Assembly: GCA_012295275.1 (NCBI GenBank)
Contig: CM022675.1
Location: 9,858,001-9,922,000 of the forward strand
Direction of reading: 5' to 3'
DNA from: Chrysomallon squamiferum
Lineage: Eukaryota > Animalia > Mollusca
DNA: 64,000 nucleotides
Shown here: one piece after another, positions 14,660-27,334 of the stretch
Layout of the letters: every line of letters begins with the position of its first letter
How positions within the stretch are numbered: position 1 is the stretch's first letter
Position numbers and translations under genes: made by a program
The notes under the pieces: generated by a model
Told to the model about the DNA's origin: nothing
The model's input: the letters and a program-made list of their open reading frames with translations, nothing else
The model's database searches: none

Positions 14660-15435
14660 GAGCATGTACTGCCTTAGTTCAAGTCCCTCTGACAATCAGA
14701 AAAAAAAAAAAAAACCCCAAACATTTAAGTGTACAAAGGAGCAAGAGCAGTCTTTCTGCTTGGGCAGGGTAAAAATATTTAAGTGTATTCTTCCTTAATC
14801 CATGTCCCTCTAACAATCATATGAGGGTTTAAAAAAAAAAAAAAAAAAAAAAAAACAATTTAAATTTTTGGAGCAGATTCAATGTTTTAACTTCAGGAGG
14901 GGACAAGTATTTAAGCATACATTGCCATAGTTCAGTCCCTCTAACATAAATAAGGTAATAAAAAACAAAACATTTAACTATAATCAGGAGCAGATCCAAT
15001 GTGTCCACTTTGGGAGAGGATAAAATATTTAAATATATTCTGCCTTTGTCCATGTCACTCTAACAATACAATCGGAAGAAGGTTAAAATAAAACAAAACA
15101 AAAAAACAAAAACAATTGACAGGAGCAAGTCCAATGTTTTCACCTGGGACACTAAAAATATTTAAGTATATACTACCTTAGTCCATGTCTCTCTAACAAT
15201 CAGAAAGGGTTAAGAAAATAAAAAATATTTAAATACAGACAGGAGCAGGTCCAGTCTTTCAGCTTATGGAGGGCAAAAGAATATAAGTATATACCACCTC
15301 AGTCCATGTCAATCTATCACTCAAGATGAGGGCTTATAAAAAACAACTGAAAAAACATTTAAATACAGAGACAGGGGTAGACCAAAAGTTTCTAGCTGGG
15401 GAGGGTAAAAACATTTAACATCCATGTCCCTGGAA
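14660..15435. repeat. Degenerate ~120-130-bp tandem array, 6-7 units
   Basis: The anchor CCATGTCCCTCTAACAATC or a variant recurs at 14683, 14804, 14935, 15054, 15187, 15308 and 15426. Units also share GGAGCAG and AAATATTTAAGT and contain a variable A-tract. Confidence 0.85.
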
Positions 15436-15959
15436 GAGAATAATAAAAACAAAACAAAAAACAATTTAGATGTAAAATCAGTGCCTGATCTGGTATTTCC
15501 TCCTAAGATGTGTATCATCAGCTACACAAAGAGTCAGGGAAGATCCACAGTTTCTGGAGGTGGAGGGCTTTAGGGAGGGTAAATAAAAATGTTTTTTAAA
15601 AAAAAGTATCTCCAGAATCATCATGTTTAAGGTGGTCTGAATAAGTTAAAGAATATTAAATATATATTCAGTGAAGTGTCTGGGATTTCCAACACTAAGG
15701 TGTGTAAAAAATATATATATGGGATTGTTCTGTTATTTCCACATATGAATGGCTTTTGTAGGTCAAAAAAAATTTAGGTACAGAGCCAGTGTCAGTTCCA
15801 AAATAACCTAGAGGAAGTCTTAGGAGTCATTCTGAATGTAAGAGAAAATTTGAGATTTAATAATTATAATTTTTTAATAGGATGACAGACCTAAGTGGCA
15901 GACCTATATTAAGCTACACTTTTGTTCAGCCTCAAATGTATGACAGATTATACAGCAGT

Positions 15960-16560
15960 ATTCTCACTGGTTCTGACAGAGACAGTATAACATACTGCGG
16001 CTGAACTCTGAAAAACACCCTTGGTTCTATTACAGTCTGTATAGCAGATTATGTTGGAGTTTAGATTCAAACAATTCATTGGTTTGCAACAAACAATGTA
16101 ATATTATGTGACAGATCTCTTGAAAACAGTCCTTTAGTTCATCTAAAACAGTATAATGAATTATATGACTGTCTTCTCTCAAACCACACTTTGGTTGTGT
16201 TACAATAAGCACAACACTTTATGTGCCAGATCTCCACAAACAAGCCTTGGTCCAGCTTCAACCAAAACAACATATGTGGCAGATGACTTCAAATCACCAT
16301 TATTGGTTCAGCTACAAACACTTTTTCAGAAACCATTCTTGTTCCAATCATAAACAGTATGACATATTCCCTGGTTCTGGCACAAATAGTGTAACAAATT
16401 GTATGGTAATCCTTTCTCAAACCACCCACTGGTTCTGTTACAACCAATAAATTATTACGTGGCAGTCTTCCTTCAAAAATTATCTTCTGGTTCTGTTACA
16501 ATCAGCTTAATTGATCATGTGGAAGTCCTCTCTCAGACTACGCTTTTGGTTTTGCAACAA
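15960..16560. repeat. Highly degenerate ~57-bp minisatellite, ~11 units
   Basis: TGGTT(C) anchors at about 15969, 16022, 16080, 16135, 16192, 16248, 16304, 16372, 16430, 16488 and 16546, followed by variants of TTATGTGGCAGTCTTC. Confidence 0.75.
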
Positions 16561-16846
16561 ATGGTGAAGCCTTTTCAAAGAGTTCCTACAGGTATTTTGT
16601 CATGTTTCTAGAATGCAATTTGCATTTCTTACAGGGCAGGTAAGTACAACATCATTATTGTTCATGTTAGTAGTTCAAAATGAGTGTGCAAAATGCTAGG
16701 CATGCTGGGAATGTGGTAGTAAGAAAAGAGAATCTTTGAAAAAAAAAAGAAGAAGAAATTGTTGTCTAGTTAGCATTGTGAGAGTTGTTAAGATTTTGTG
16801 AATTCATTTAATAGAGTACAAATTTATACATACATACATACATACA

Positions 16847-16880
<34 letters not shown>

Positions 16881-18294
16881 CATACATATATATACACAAA
16901 CAAAACACACACACATTGATATATTATACCTATATTATTGGTTTTTAACATTCCAGCCACATTACTGCAGCAGAAGAGAATTCTCCATGCAATCAGACTC
17001 ATCAGTGAGTTTTAGTCGGTTTCTTGGTTCTGGTTCAGAAGATAAACACTTAATTGGTACAGTGGTTAATTTCCTAGATCATTGGTTCTGTCCACAGTTC
17101 AGTGCTTTTTGTAACTAAGTAGTTATGATGATTGGTTATCTGTTTTGTTTTTTGTTGTTAATTTTGAGGATCACTGGCTTCTCTAAAGTCAGATGATTTA
17201 ACGGATAATAAATGCTGTTGTATTACTGGTTAACAATATTGTTGTGCATTTTGTTTCAAGAACTCCTGAAGTGGTTCAAAAGGTTAATTTTTGTTTTTAT
17301 CAGTAGTTCAGAGTTAAATGTTTCATTGGTTTTTTGTTGATTGTGTGGTGGTTTCATTGTTCAGTGATTCTGTTCATAGCTGATAGTGTTTCTTTTCATT
17401 GTTTATATAGTCATAAGTTTTTTCATAGTTATGTGCAATGCTGGCTTGTTTCATAGTTGATTGTCTCAGTGGTTTATTTCATTTTTCCACAGTCTGTGTG
17501 GTTCGTTTCATAGTTAATTTTCTTATTGGTTCATTTGACAGTTCTTCAGTAGTTATTTCACTGTCCATTGTTTCAGTGTTTCATTTCATAGTTGGTTATT
17601 TCTGTGGTTCATTTCTTTTTTTAATAGTCTGTGTGGTTCATTTCATGGTTCATTGATTTGTATTTTAATGTGATTTTGGTAATTATTTCATAGTTAATTT
17701 TCTAATTATTTTTTTTTTAATTTTCTAATTATTTCACAGTTCATTATCATCTCTCTGCTTCTTTGCTTATCAGCCCACCTGATTTCATTCACTCAGGGTT
17801 CAAGCACGCTAGCCTGGACTCAAACAATAGCATGAAAGTGAGGAAGTAAAATATAAAGATAATGATATAAGCTGTAATGCAACCACAATTAAAACGCTGT
17901 ATTTCCATTACATGTAGGCCTTCCGTGGTCTCAGTCTACGGACTGAAAAAAAAAAAAAAAAATTGGTCCAAACTTCACTAGGTCAGTGTGAGAGGATGGA
18001 ACATTGTGACCTTACAAAGTCACTTTGATCTGGCACCGAGATTAGATCTTTCAACTTACCAGCCACAGTAACCACGCACCTTATCACATTCTGTCTCGCT
18101 CTTGTAAACAAACGATGATAAGTTTCTCTTATCTCAAGTGAGAAGTAAGTTTTTTGAAGAAAAGTGAAAAAATTCTGTATCTTGTTTTAATCCACCAGGA
18201 TTTTATAATAATCCTTCATAATGCTTCAAGTATACATGAAGTCTGTTGTTTATTGTAACTGTTTACATTTCTTCAGAAACTTTCTGAAGATTTC

Positions 18295-18580
18295 AGTAGT
18301 GTGATGGTTAAGATGTTAGTGTTAAGAGGTTTACATCCAGAGTTCAAATCTTGATTTTGGGAGCTATATGTAACAACATATTTTAACAGTCTTAATGAAT
18401 CTATTATATTAGTGGTTGGAGCAAGATGCTGGGGTCCAACAGTATAATGTTTAAGCTATTAGTGTTAAGAAGTTTAGGTCCTGAGATCAAATCCAAGTGT
18501 TTGCTTCTTCAGAAAAAAAAAAAAATGGTGGTAGTGAAAGAATATTATAATAGCATATTTTAATAGTCTTCATAAATCCG
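18295..18580 (+). mobile_element. Two tandem decayed tRNA/SINE-head-like units (~143-bp period)
   Basis: A-box-like GTGATGGTTAAG / ATAATGTTTAAG, shared TTAGTGTTAAGA, B-box-like GAGTTCAAATC (18340) and GAGATCAAATCC (18483), shared tail CATATTTTAA(C/T)AGTCTT. Confidence 0.5.
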
Positions 18581-19557
18581 TACAGCACATGGATGAGCTT
18601 CAGTTGGCAATGAGATCAGTTGTCTTCAGTGCATCCCTTTCTTATATCTGTCCATCTCTCTCTCTCTGCCTCCCTCTCTCTCTCTCTCTGTATCACTCCT
18701 CTCATTCTTTGTACAATCCTTAACAGCAAGCTTGACACCAAGTACATTTGTAAACGAAAAATATATCAAGTGTATTATCAAATAAAACATTTCTTTATTT
18801 ACATTTAACTCTTAACACTTCATTACAAACACAGGTTTGGCCAGACACAGTGCATTCATTCTCCTGTACTGAACACGACCTATCTTGGTTTGTTGGTGAC
18901 CTCCAAAACATACCGATGCACATCTATTCAGCTGCCTTGATATACTATCACTGAGTGTTCAATAAATCTAGCTTTTCACACCTGGCTGACAGCTAATAGA
19001 TTTATTACTCTGCACTTTCTTGAATAAAGCAGCTTATTAAAAGTGGAATGGGGTGGAATTTAAAATAGATCAGTTTGTGTAAAGTTATTGTTTGGAAATG
19101 TGTAGGAATTGAAAAAAAAAAAATAATAATGATGATGATGAAACATGAGAAACTGTTTTATTTTTTAGCCACATTTCAGAAATATGAGATCATGTTTGTT
19201 GGATGATGAGAAATAAGAAAAAGATTAGAAAATATTTTTGTAAAACAATGACTGCAACATCAGCAGCAGCCCAACAACAACAGCAACTACAACAACAACA
19301 ACAACAATAATAATAATAATTTTGATGATGATGATGATGATGATACAATAACAATAACTATAATGACAACATCAACAGTAACAGCAGTGGTAACAGTGAT
19401 AGTAATAGTGTAATAACAACAATAAAAGAAAAGCAGCAGCAGCAGCAGCAGCAGCAGTAGCAGTAGTAGAAGTAGTAGTAGTAGTAGAGGTAGCAGCTGT
19501 TGAAATTGTAATAGTAGTAACATTAATAACAACAACAATACTACTAAACAACCCCAG

Positions 19558-19592
<35 letters not shown>

Positions 19593-19759
19593 GTTGATGC
19601 TGCTGTTATTTGATGAAGATAATGATATTTTGATTTTTGACAAGGTTGTGGTAATTTTATTGTTATTATTATTTTACACACATAAGATATAAAATGAAAT
19701 ATTTTTATTTATATATTTTATTTTACCTTTTAGTATTTTTTTTTTTTTTTTTTTTTTAG

Positions 19760-19814
19760 TGGATACATACTTTCATACTGAAGCAAATACTGAAATTCAT
19801 GAAGTAAATAAAAG
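19760..19814 (+). other. Candidate 55-nt non-coding exon
   Basis: Poly-T + TAG acceptor (AG 19758-59) and consensus donor AAG|GTAAGT (GT 19815-16). No transcript evidence. Confidence 0.35.
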
Positions 19815-20334
19815 GTAAGTCAAAATATTTTATTTTTAACACAGATTTCCAAAATAACCAATCAGATGCTTCTAATGTCTTTGACTGACCAATCAAATAA
19901 AATTATTTTGATATAAATCCCTTTGATAACCAGTAATCATATATATTTAAAAACAACCTTTTTATTAATGAATTATTTCCTCTGAATATATATATATATA
20001 TATAAAAATCACAAACAATTTGATCAACATATTTCTTACTTTTCTTACTGGGTGTGAACTGCTTTTTTCTTTAAAAAAAAAAAAAAATCTTATATATATA
20101 TATATATAGGTATATTTGTTTTCTTTCTCCAACATCAAGTTAAATACTTGTTACAGATAAAGATGAAAAAGAAACATTTCTGTCTGTCTGGTAGCATGCT
20201 GGTTGTCATAGCGATATCATCTTGCAACAAGATCTCCATCACCACCCAATAGCACCCCCTGTTATCTTGTCCTTCTTCACCTTAACAAGACCCATAACCC
20301 AGATTCCTCTTATTATTAGGCCAATGAGGAAAAC

Positions 20335-20785
20335 ACTGAATACTTTGTTTTACTTTCTTATATTTATTTATTTTACTATAATTAATTATTTACTTGTTCT
20401 ACATTTTTTTTCTTATTTATTTATTTTGTAATAATTAATCATGTACTTTGTTACATTTATTTATTTTTGTAATAATTAATTATATACTTTGTTTTACTTA
20501 TTTATTTGTTCTATATTGTTCTTATTATTCATTTATTTTTAAATAATTAATTATATACTGTTAGATTTATTTCTTTTGTTTTACTTATTTATTTGTTCTA
20601 TATTGTTCTTATTATTTATTTATTTATTTTTGTGATAATTAATTATATACTTTGTTACATTTATTTATTTTGTTTTATTTATTTATTTGTTCTATATTGT
20701 TCTTATTATTTATTTATTTATATTTTGTTTACTTTGTTTTACTTTGTTATATTTATTTACTTGTTCTATTTTGTTCTAATGAACA
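20335..20785. repeat. AT-rich degenerate tandem repeat
   Basis: Recurring ATAATTAATTATATACTTTGTT and TTATTTATTTGTTCTATATTGTTCTTATTATT. Confidence 0.8.
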
Positions 20786-22769
20786 ATATGTTATCTATCC
20801 TATAGAACAATGTTAATCTTACTGTAGGTTTTTATTTTAAAAAATTCTATTTTTACAAATGTCCATCCTTCCATCTGTACATCCATCCAACCAAGAATCA
20901 CTTATTCATCCATCCATCCATCCATCAATCCATTCATTTATCCAAATATCCATCTATCCATTATTTTTATTTATCCATCCCTTCTTTTCCTCCTTCATTC
21001 CTTCTTTACTCCATCCATCTAACTATTTATCATGACACCCATTCATTCATGCATCTATCATAACCCTATCCAGCCTTTTACCATAAGTTTATCCATCTAT
21101 CCATCCATCCATCCATCACATGTTCGCTCACCCGTGACCACCCTGTGACACACCCGTATGTCCTGCGTTAACCCCCAAAGCATATTAATAAAACATTTTC
21201 ATTTCCACTTGATTTCAAACGTTTCTGATGTGTTTTTTAACTGAACGGTTGACACATGCTTTCCACAAGGAAAAAAAAAAAAAAAAAAACCCCAACATAT
21301 TTTATATTTCATCTTCATTTTAAAACCACAGAGCATGGCCTTTTGTGACATTATAATGTCAGTGATATGTATGGTATGTGTCGGTCTTAATGTCCTTTTT
21401 TTATTTGTTAAAGAAAAAAGTGAAAAAGAAAATGAAAAAATAGTAATATGAATGATGATGGCGATGATGATGGTGATAATGATGATGATAAAGGCAGAAG
21501 CAATGGTCTTGGTGATGTAGAGGTGATGGTAGTAGTAGTTATTGTAGTAGCTGTCGTGGTAGTTGTGGTAGAAGTAACTGTAGTAGTAGTGCTAGTAGAA
21601 ACAGTAGGAGTAGTTGAAGTAGGAGCAGAAGCAGTAGTAGTAGTACTGAAGTAGTAGAAGATACAATAGCAGCAGAATTAGTAGCATAATAGTAGTAATA
21701 AAAGTACTACTAATAGTAGTAGTGATTGTAAAGTAGCAGTGAAAGCAGCAGTAGTTGTTATAGTAATAGTACTACTAGTAGTAGTAGTAGTAGTAGTAGT
21801 TGTAGTAGTTATAGAAGTAATATAATAATCCCTATGGTATTTTCAATTGTAATAATAACAGACATGAAATAGTAATAACAACAACAGTCCTGATGATACT
21901 ATTACAACTACTACTACAGCTATATAACTGTTACCTCTACCAACATAACCACCACCACCACAACATCTGTTACTACTACCACTACCAACATCACTGCCAC
22001 CACAACAACCACTACTACTACTACTGCCACTAGTACTACAACTACTACTTACAACTACTACTACAACCACTACTACTTCTACTACTAGTACTACTACTAC
22101 TCATTCTCCTCCTACTACTACTACTATTAGTACTAGTAATAATAATAATAATAATAAAACCAACAGGTATTTAATTATCTCAGACCTCTATCACACAGTT
22201 ATTATCAACTTAATCTTTTATCAATTTTCTTATTAAAATGTTTATAAAAAACATAATTTCTTTTTGCATTACGAGTAGACTACACCTGCTTGTATCAAAA
22301 TCCACTCTCCCGCCTTACATCAAATTTGTTTGGCTGTAATAACATAACAAAAATGAGAGGAAATTATATTTTTCTTTTCTCCTATTTCAAGTACCAGGTA
22401 CCTATAGATACACAATTTTTTTTCTCGATAATAATATAAATGCTTTGAATGTGGGGTCGTTTTGTAAGCAAGATGGTTATACAGATTTTTTATTATATGA
22501 CCAAATGTTAATGTGTCTTTCAGAATTGATACCTTTCTGTACCTTTTTATTATTTTTTTTCTTTCTTTTCTTTTCTTTCTTTTTTTCTTTTCTTTCTTTT
22601 TTCTTTCCTTTTTTTTTCTTCTTCTTATGGATGGAGGTGGACAGAGAGGTAAATTTCTTTACAAAACGGTGACAGTAAATTTTTTCACCTGATTCATTGA
22701 TGAATTCAGTGAATGAAATTTAGGTAGAGGTGTTACCTGTAGAAATTTACCTGCGTAAAGGTATGAATG

Positions 22770-23135
22770 AAAGCTTACCTGAGCATACATTAATGTAAGT
22801 AATAATAATAAAATAAAAAAAATATTAATATAAAAAAATGATTGCAAATAGTTCTGGGTTTATTGTAGGTAATTACCTTGATAAAAGTGTGTGAACATAT
22901 GCTTACCTGGGCATACCTTGATGTGGATAATAATAAAATGAAATAAAAAATATTAATAAAAAGGGATAGAAATACGTGTAAGTTTGATGTAAATAATAAT
23001 TCTTATTTCTTCTCATACATTTTTTTTTTTTTTTGATTCATATTATTGCGGTTAATTTTGTGTTCTAAAAAAATGTAATCTGTTTCATAAGGTGTGAAAA
23101 CATGCTTACCTGAGATTTTACCTGAACAGGTGTAA
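22770..23135. repeat. Degenerate duplication/triplication carrying GCTTACCTG
   Basis: GCTTACCTG(A/G)GCATAC..T(A/G)ATGT...AAATAAAAAATATTAATA near 22773 and 22901; a third GCTTACCTGAG near 23104. Confidence 0.65.
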
Positions 23136-23580
23136 TAAAAAAAAAATTTATTTTTTTTTATAAAAGATGATCTACTTTTTAACATATGCTGGTAATAAAC
23201 CTAATTTAAATTCCATAGAAATCTGTTTCATCATTTCTACTGTTGTTGTTGTTGTACATCTTCTTCTTATTGTTGTTATTGTTGATGTTGTTGTTGTTGT
23301 TTAACTAGAACTAGTTGATGTGGCTGTTGTGGCTGTTGTTGCTGTTGCTATTGTTGTTCTTGTTGTTATTCTGTTGTAATTTGAACATTTATATTAAAAC
23401 TTTCTTATATATCTCAAAATATGTACATTAGACACAAAAGGCACATTTTCACACTCTCATGCACACATACACACAAACACATACAAACATACACTTATAC
23501 ACATACTTATTATATTTATTTACATTAATTAATACACAAAAGCAAATATATATATATGTATGCATATAATTACCTAGATA

Positions 23581-23618
<38 letters not shown>

Positions 23619-24103
23619 CATATACATACCTACATATATACATACATACATACACATATACACAAGTCTAATGTATGTGAAGTGTATGTGTGTCTGTATG
23701 GGTGTGTAATAATTTAAATATATAGACAGATATAGTTACAAATCTATCACTAAACACAGATATATACACACACAAACATGAACACACACACACACACATA
23801 CACAACACACACACACACACTCATACATCAGTACATATATGGACAAACTCACAGTAAAAGGATGGATAGGGTTATGACAGATGCATTGATGTCATGATAA
23901 ACGGATAGATGGACAGATTAATAGATGGACAGAGTGAAGAATGCACAAAGGAGGACAAGAAAGGATGGATAAATAAATAACTTCCACTACCTTTCTAGTA
24001 TTTTACACGTTGAAAAACACTGCACTGTGTTATTTTTGTGATTTACTGAGTTTTCGAACCCCACGCTGGGGTGCGTCAATGTTCAGCATTCAAGCGAGTA
24101 ATG

Positions 24104-24122
24104 AGTCCAGCAGGGGGCGCCA
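24104..24122 (+). promoter_or_regulatory. CTCF-binding motif
   Basis: AGTCCAGCAGGGGGCGCCA. The core CCAGCAGGGGGCGC (24107-24120) fits CCASYAGRKGGCRS at all 14 positions and lies in a small CpG-containing island. Confidence 0.65.
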
Positions 24123-24981
24123 CCTGACTGGGGTTAAGATGACTTCTGTCCAGACTGGCTAGCATTATAACAAATGTGTCTGTTTCCGTGGAAATAGTAC
24201 AGTTAGTAACAACAGTGACAAGTAAAGAAATAAGGTACATTGTAAAATGTTATGGTGTAAATTAAGATGGGTTGTACAACACTGTTTATGATTGGTAATC
24301 ATGGTAACAGCAAAGGAAGTTACATTATAGAACATTGGGTTAATTTGAAACCAAAGTGACAGTAAAGAAATATACATTGTAAAACATTGTAATGATTTTT
24401 AAGCATAGTGATAATACATTGTAGAACTTTGTTTTGTAACCATGGTGACAATAAAGTAAAATATTTTCATTTTTCATCTTCATATTTTATCTTCTTCTTT
24501 GTCTCTTTCTTTTCCCCCAAATGTCTTGCTTTCTGTCTTTCTGTCTCATATTCTGACTGTCTCTCTTCATGACTGACAAGCTTTATCTTATTTCTCTTTC
24601 TCTCTCTCATTTTCTCCTTCAAGGACTCTCTCTCCCATTTTTCTCTCGTTTTCTCATTCAAAAAACCTCTCTCTCTCTCTCTCTCTGTTTAGAGAACCTC
24701 TCATTTTCTTACTCTCCCTCTCTCTTTTTCTCTAACTCTCTCCTTACGTCTTTCCATCTCACACTCTTCCTTTAACACTTTCTCTTCTTTTTCTCTCTTC
24801 TTCTCATTCTCTCTGTCTCTTCCTCTTTCCATTCTTTCATGTTTATCACCACATCAACGTTTAATTGCAGACAGGACAGATAACCTAGAAAAACAATAAC
24901 ATTAGCAACACATAACTCCATAAACTCACAGCCTGCGGAACCTTTAAACTTTATTTATTTTTCCATTGTCTGCTGCTCCAG

Positions 24982-25025
24982 GATTGTTGTCCCAACTGGA
25001 ACTCCATACATTTACATGTCAGCTG
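24982..25025 (+). other. Candidate 44-nt non-coding exon
   Basis: TTTATTTATTTTTCCATTGTCTGCTGCTCCAG acceptor (AG 24980-81) and donor CTG|GTAAGA (GT 25026-27). No transcript evidence. Confidence 0.35.
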
Positions 25026-25925
25026 GTAAGACTAAACTGCCGTTATCTGATTGGCTGTCACCATGGAGATCGTACATCATCTACCTATCACCAGTGGTGT
25101 CTGGTCTAATGTCCATCGGCAAACTTCTGACCAGTACTGATGAACATCTTTACCAGACAAGATGCACTGATTATAGGTCATATATCAAGAAGATGAAGAA
25201 TAAAAAAAGAAAGAAGATAAGAAAAATGTATATTAAAATAAATGTTTTCTTATTTCTAAAATGGTGATGTATCAGACCTAGAGCACTGTTTGGATTGAGA
25301 AAGTAGGCCAGTATGTGAACCACAGAGTACTGATCTCACGATTCACCAAATGTTAGACAAGATTAAATGATTATAGATAATAGTTGCACATTTACATATA
25401 TACACATGCACAGATACATACATACACACATGCATACATACATACACACATAGATACACACTATTAAGATACACATATCCATACATGCATACATACATAT
25501 ATACTCAGATATACATACATGCACATACATACATACATACATATAGCCAAACATATATACATACATACATACATACTTACACATACACATATACATACAG
25601 ACATATATACATACATGCATACAAACATACATATAAACAAATGTACATATAGATACATAGATACCCAGATACCCATATGCACACTCTTATGCATATATAT
25701 ATATACATAAACACACAAACATGAAAAAAAGAAAAAAAAATTTATGTTTATTAAGAAGTACTGAACCTACATCCTCTGAATTGTCAAACATACACATTTA
25801 ATGTAATATAATATCAACAGTATTAAATCAACAGATTTATTTTAGTTGATTGTGTTTCAAGACTTTTGTGGTCTCTTTAGTTCAAACATCAGTTTAGAAA
25901 TCAAAAGAAAAAAAGAGAAGAAATG

Positions 25926-25959
<34 letters not shown>

Positions 25960-26231
25960 TGATGAGTATCAGAAAAATAAAGGAAAGTTAAAGAGAAAGG
26001 GGAATAAAATTGAAATGAAAATCAGAAAGAAAGGATATAAAAGAAAAGAAAGGAAGATCTTTTAAAAAAAAGGAAAAAAAAAAGAGGTAAAAAAAGGAAA
26101 ATTAACAAAACAGAAAAAAAAGATAAAGAAATCAAAAATAATAATAATATTAAATACAATCTAGAAGAAAAAAATTAATTTAAAAAAAAAGATGAAAAAA
26201 TAATAAAATGGAATGAATTTATATATATATA

Positions 26232-26911
26232 CAGTATACCCTCACCTATTCGCGGTTCCCCATTCGCGGCCCCTCATATTCGCGGGTTAGGCTCTTAACC
26301 AAAATGCTGGTATACCAGGCTAGCGTCATAACGTCATAAAAACAAATGCTCGGTAAACCGCACAAACAATATCAAATTTTTTCAATTATTATTGCAATAC
26401 AGTACGTATTTTTTTTTATAAATGCATACACTGTATATACAGTGCATATTTTTTGTGACCGTGTATTAATAATGTTTTTAATTGCATATTATTACCTGAA
26501 CTGTGCGTACTGTATTTATCTGTCTGTTTTGCCTTTAAATTTGTTCCACTTTCTGTCAATTCTAAATATATAAAACGCATAGAAAATGACTTTACGGTGC
26601 AGTAATACTGTATGGGTAACTATGCTATGCGGTGTTACTGTCCTCATGTACTTACGTTTCTTTCTGATTAAAATATTGTTTCAGTACAAAATTAAAATGT
26701 GTTTACATTATCATTACTACATTAGTGAAATACATAACTGCATTATTACTGTATTAATGAGTAAGAGTGTCTTTAGAAAGTGTTTGGGAAGCATTTAGTA
26801 CCGTATATAATCTCATAATAGATGTTTTAAAACTGCATCCAATATTCGCGGTTTTTCGCTATTCGTGGGGGGGTAAAGAACGTAACCCCCGCGAATAGCG
26901 AGGGAATACTG
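26232..26911. mobile_element. Non-autonomous Tc1/mariner-superfamily (pogo/Tigger-like) MITE, 680 bp
   Basis: Left end CAGTATACCCTCACCTATTCGCGG; right end reverse-complement CAGTATTCCCTCGCTATTCGCGG. Flanked by TA on both sides, inside a (TA)n run. Subterminal TTCGCGG repeats and a right-end palindrome; no transposase ORF. Confidence 0.9.
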
Positions 26912-27334
26912 TATATATAACTAAAAATAATAATAATAAATAATAATTTTTACAAAAAAAGCAAATAAAATAAAATAACAAAAAATAATAAATAATTAAA
27001 TAAATAAATAAATAAGTAAAAAAAAAAAAATTAAACTAATCCATCACCCAGTTTAGATCCCACAACCTTTCACACCTGAGACAAAAACACTTTACCCAGG
27101 TAACACGAGCTAAAACCAGCATGAAATCAATTGCACTGACTGTGATGCGTTTCAACACCTGTCAATCAGTTCGAGTTTCTTCTCCCTAGCAACGCCATGA
27201 CAACACTGTGTTCTGAATACCTGCTGAACAAAACAACAGTGTAAAGCTATCTGGAGAATGCAATGGCTGGAATACCAGTCTACTTTTTACACACATTTGG
27301 TATACAGTTACATGCATTCCTTGGATTCACAGTG

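Noticed and set aside
15960-16611. ~57-bp repeat as a coding repeat (short ORFs on both strands)
   Set aside because: Unit lengths vary by non-multiples of three, frames are interrupted, and translations show no repeating peptide.
26346-26798. Two ORFs inside the MITE as transposase fragments
   Set aside because: No HTH/CENP-B or DDD/E motifs; low-complexity hydrophobic translations.
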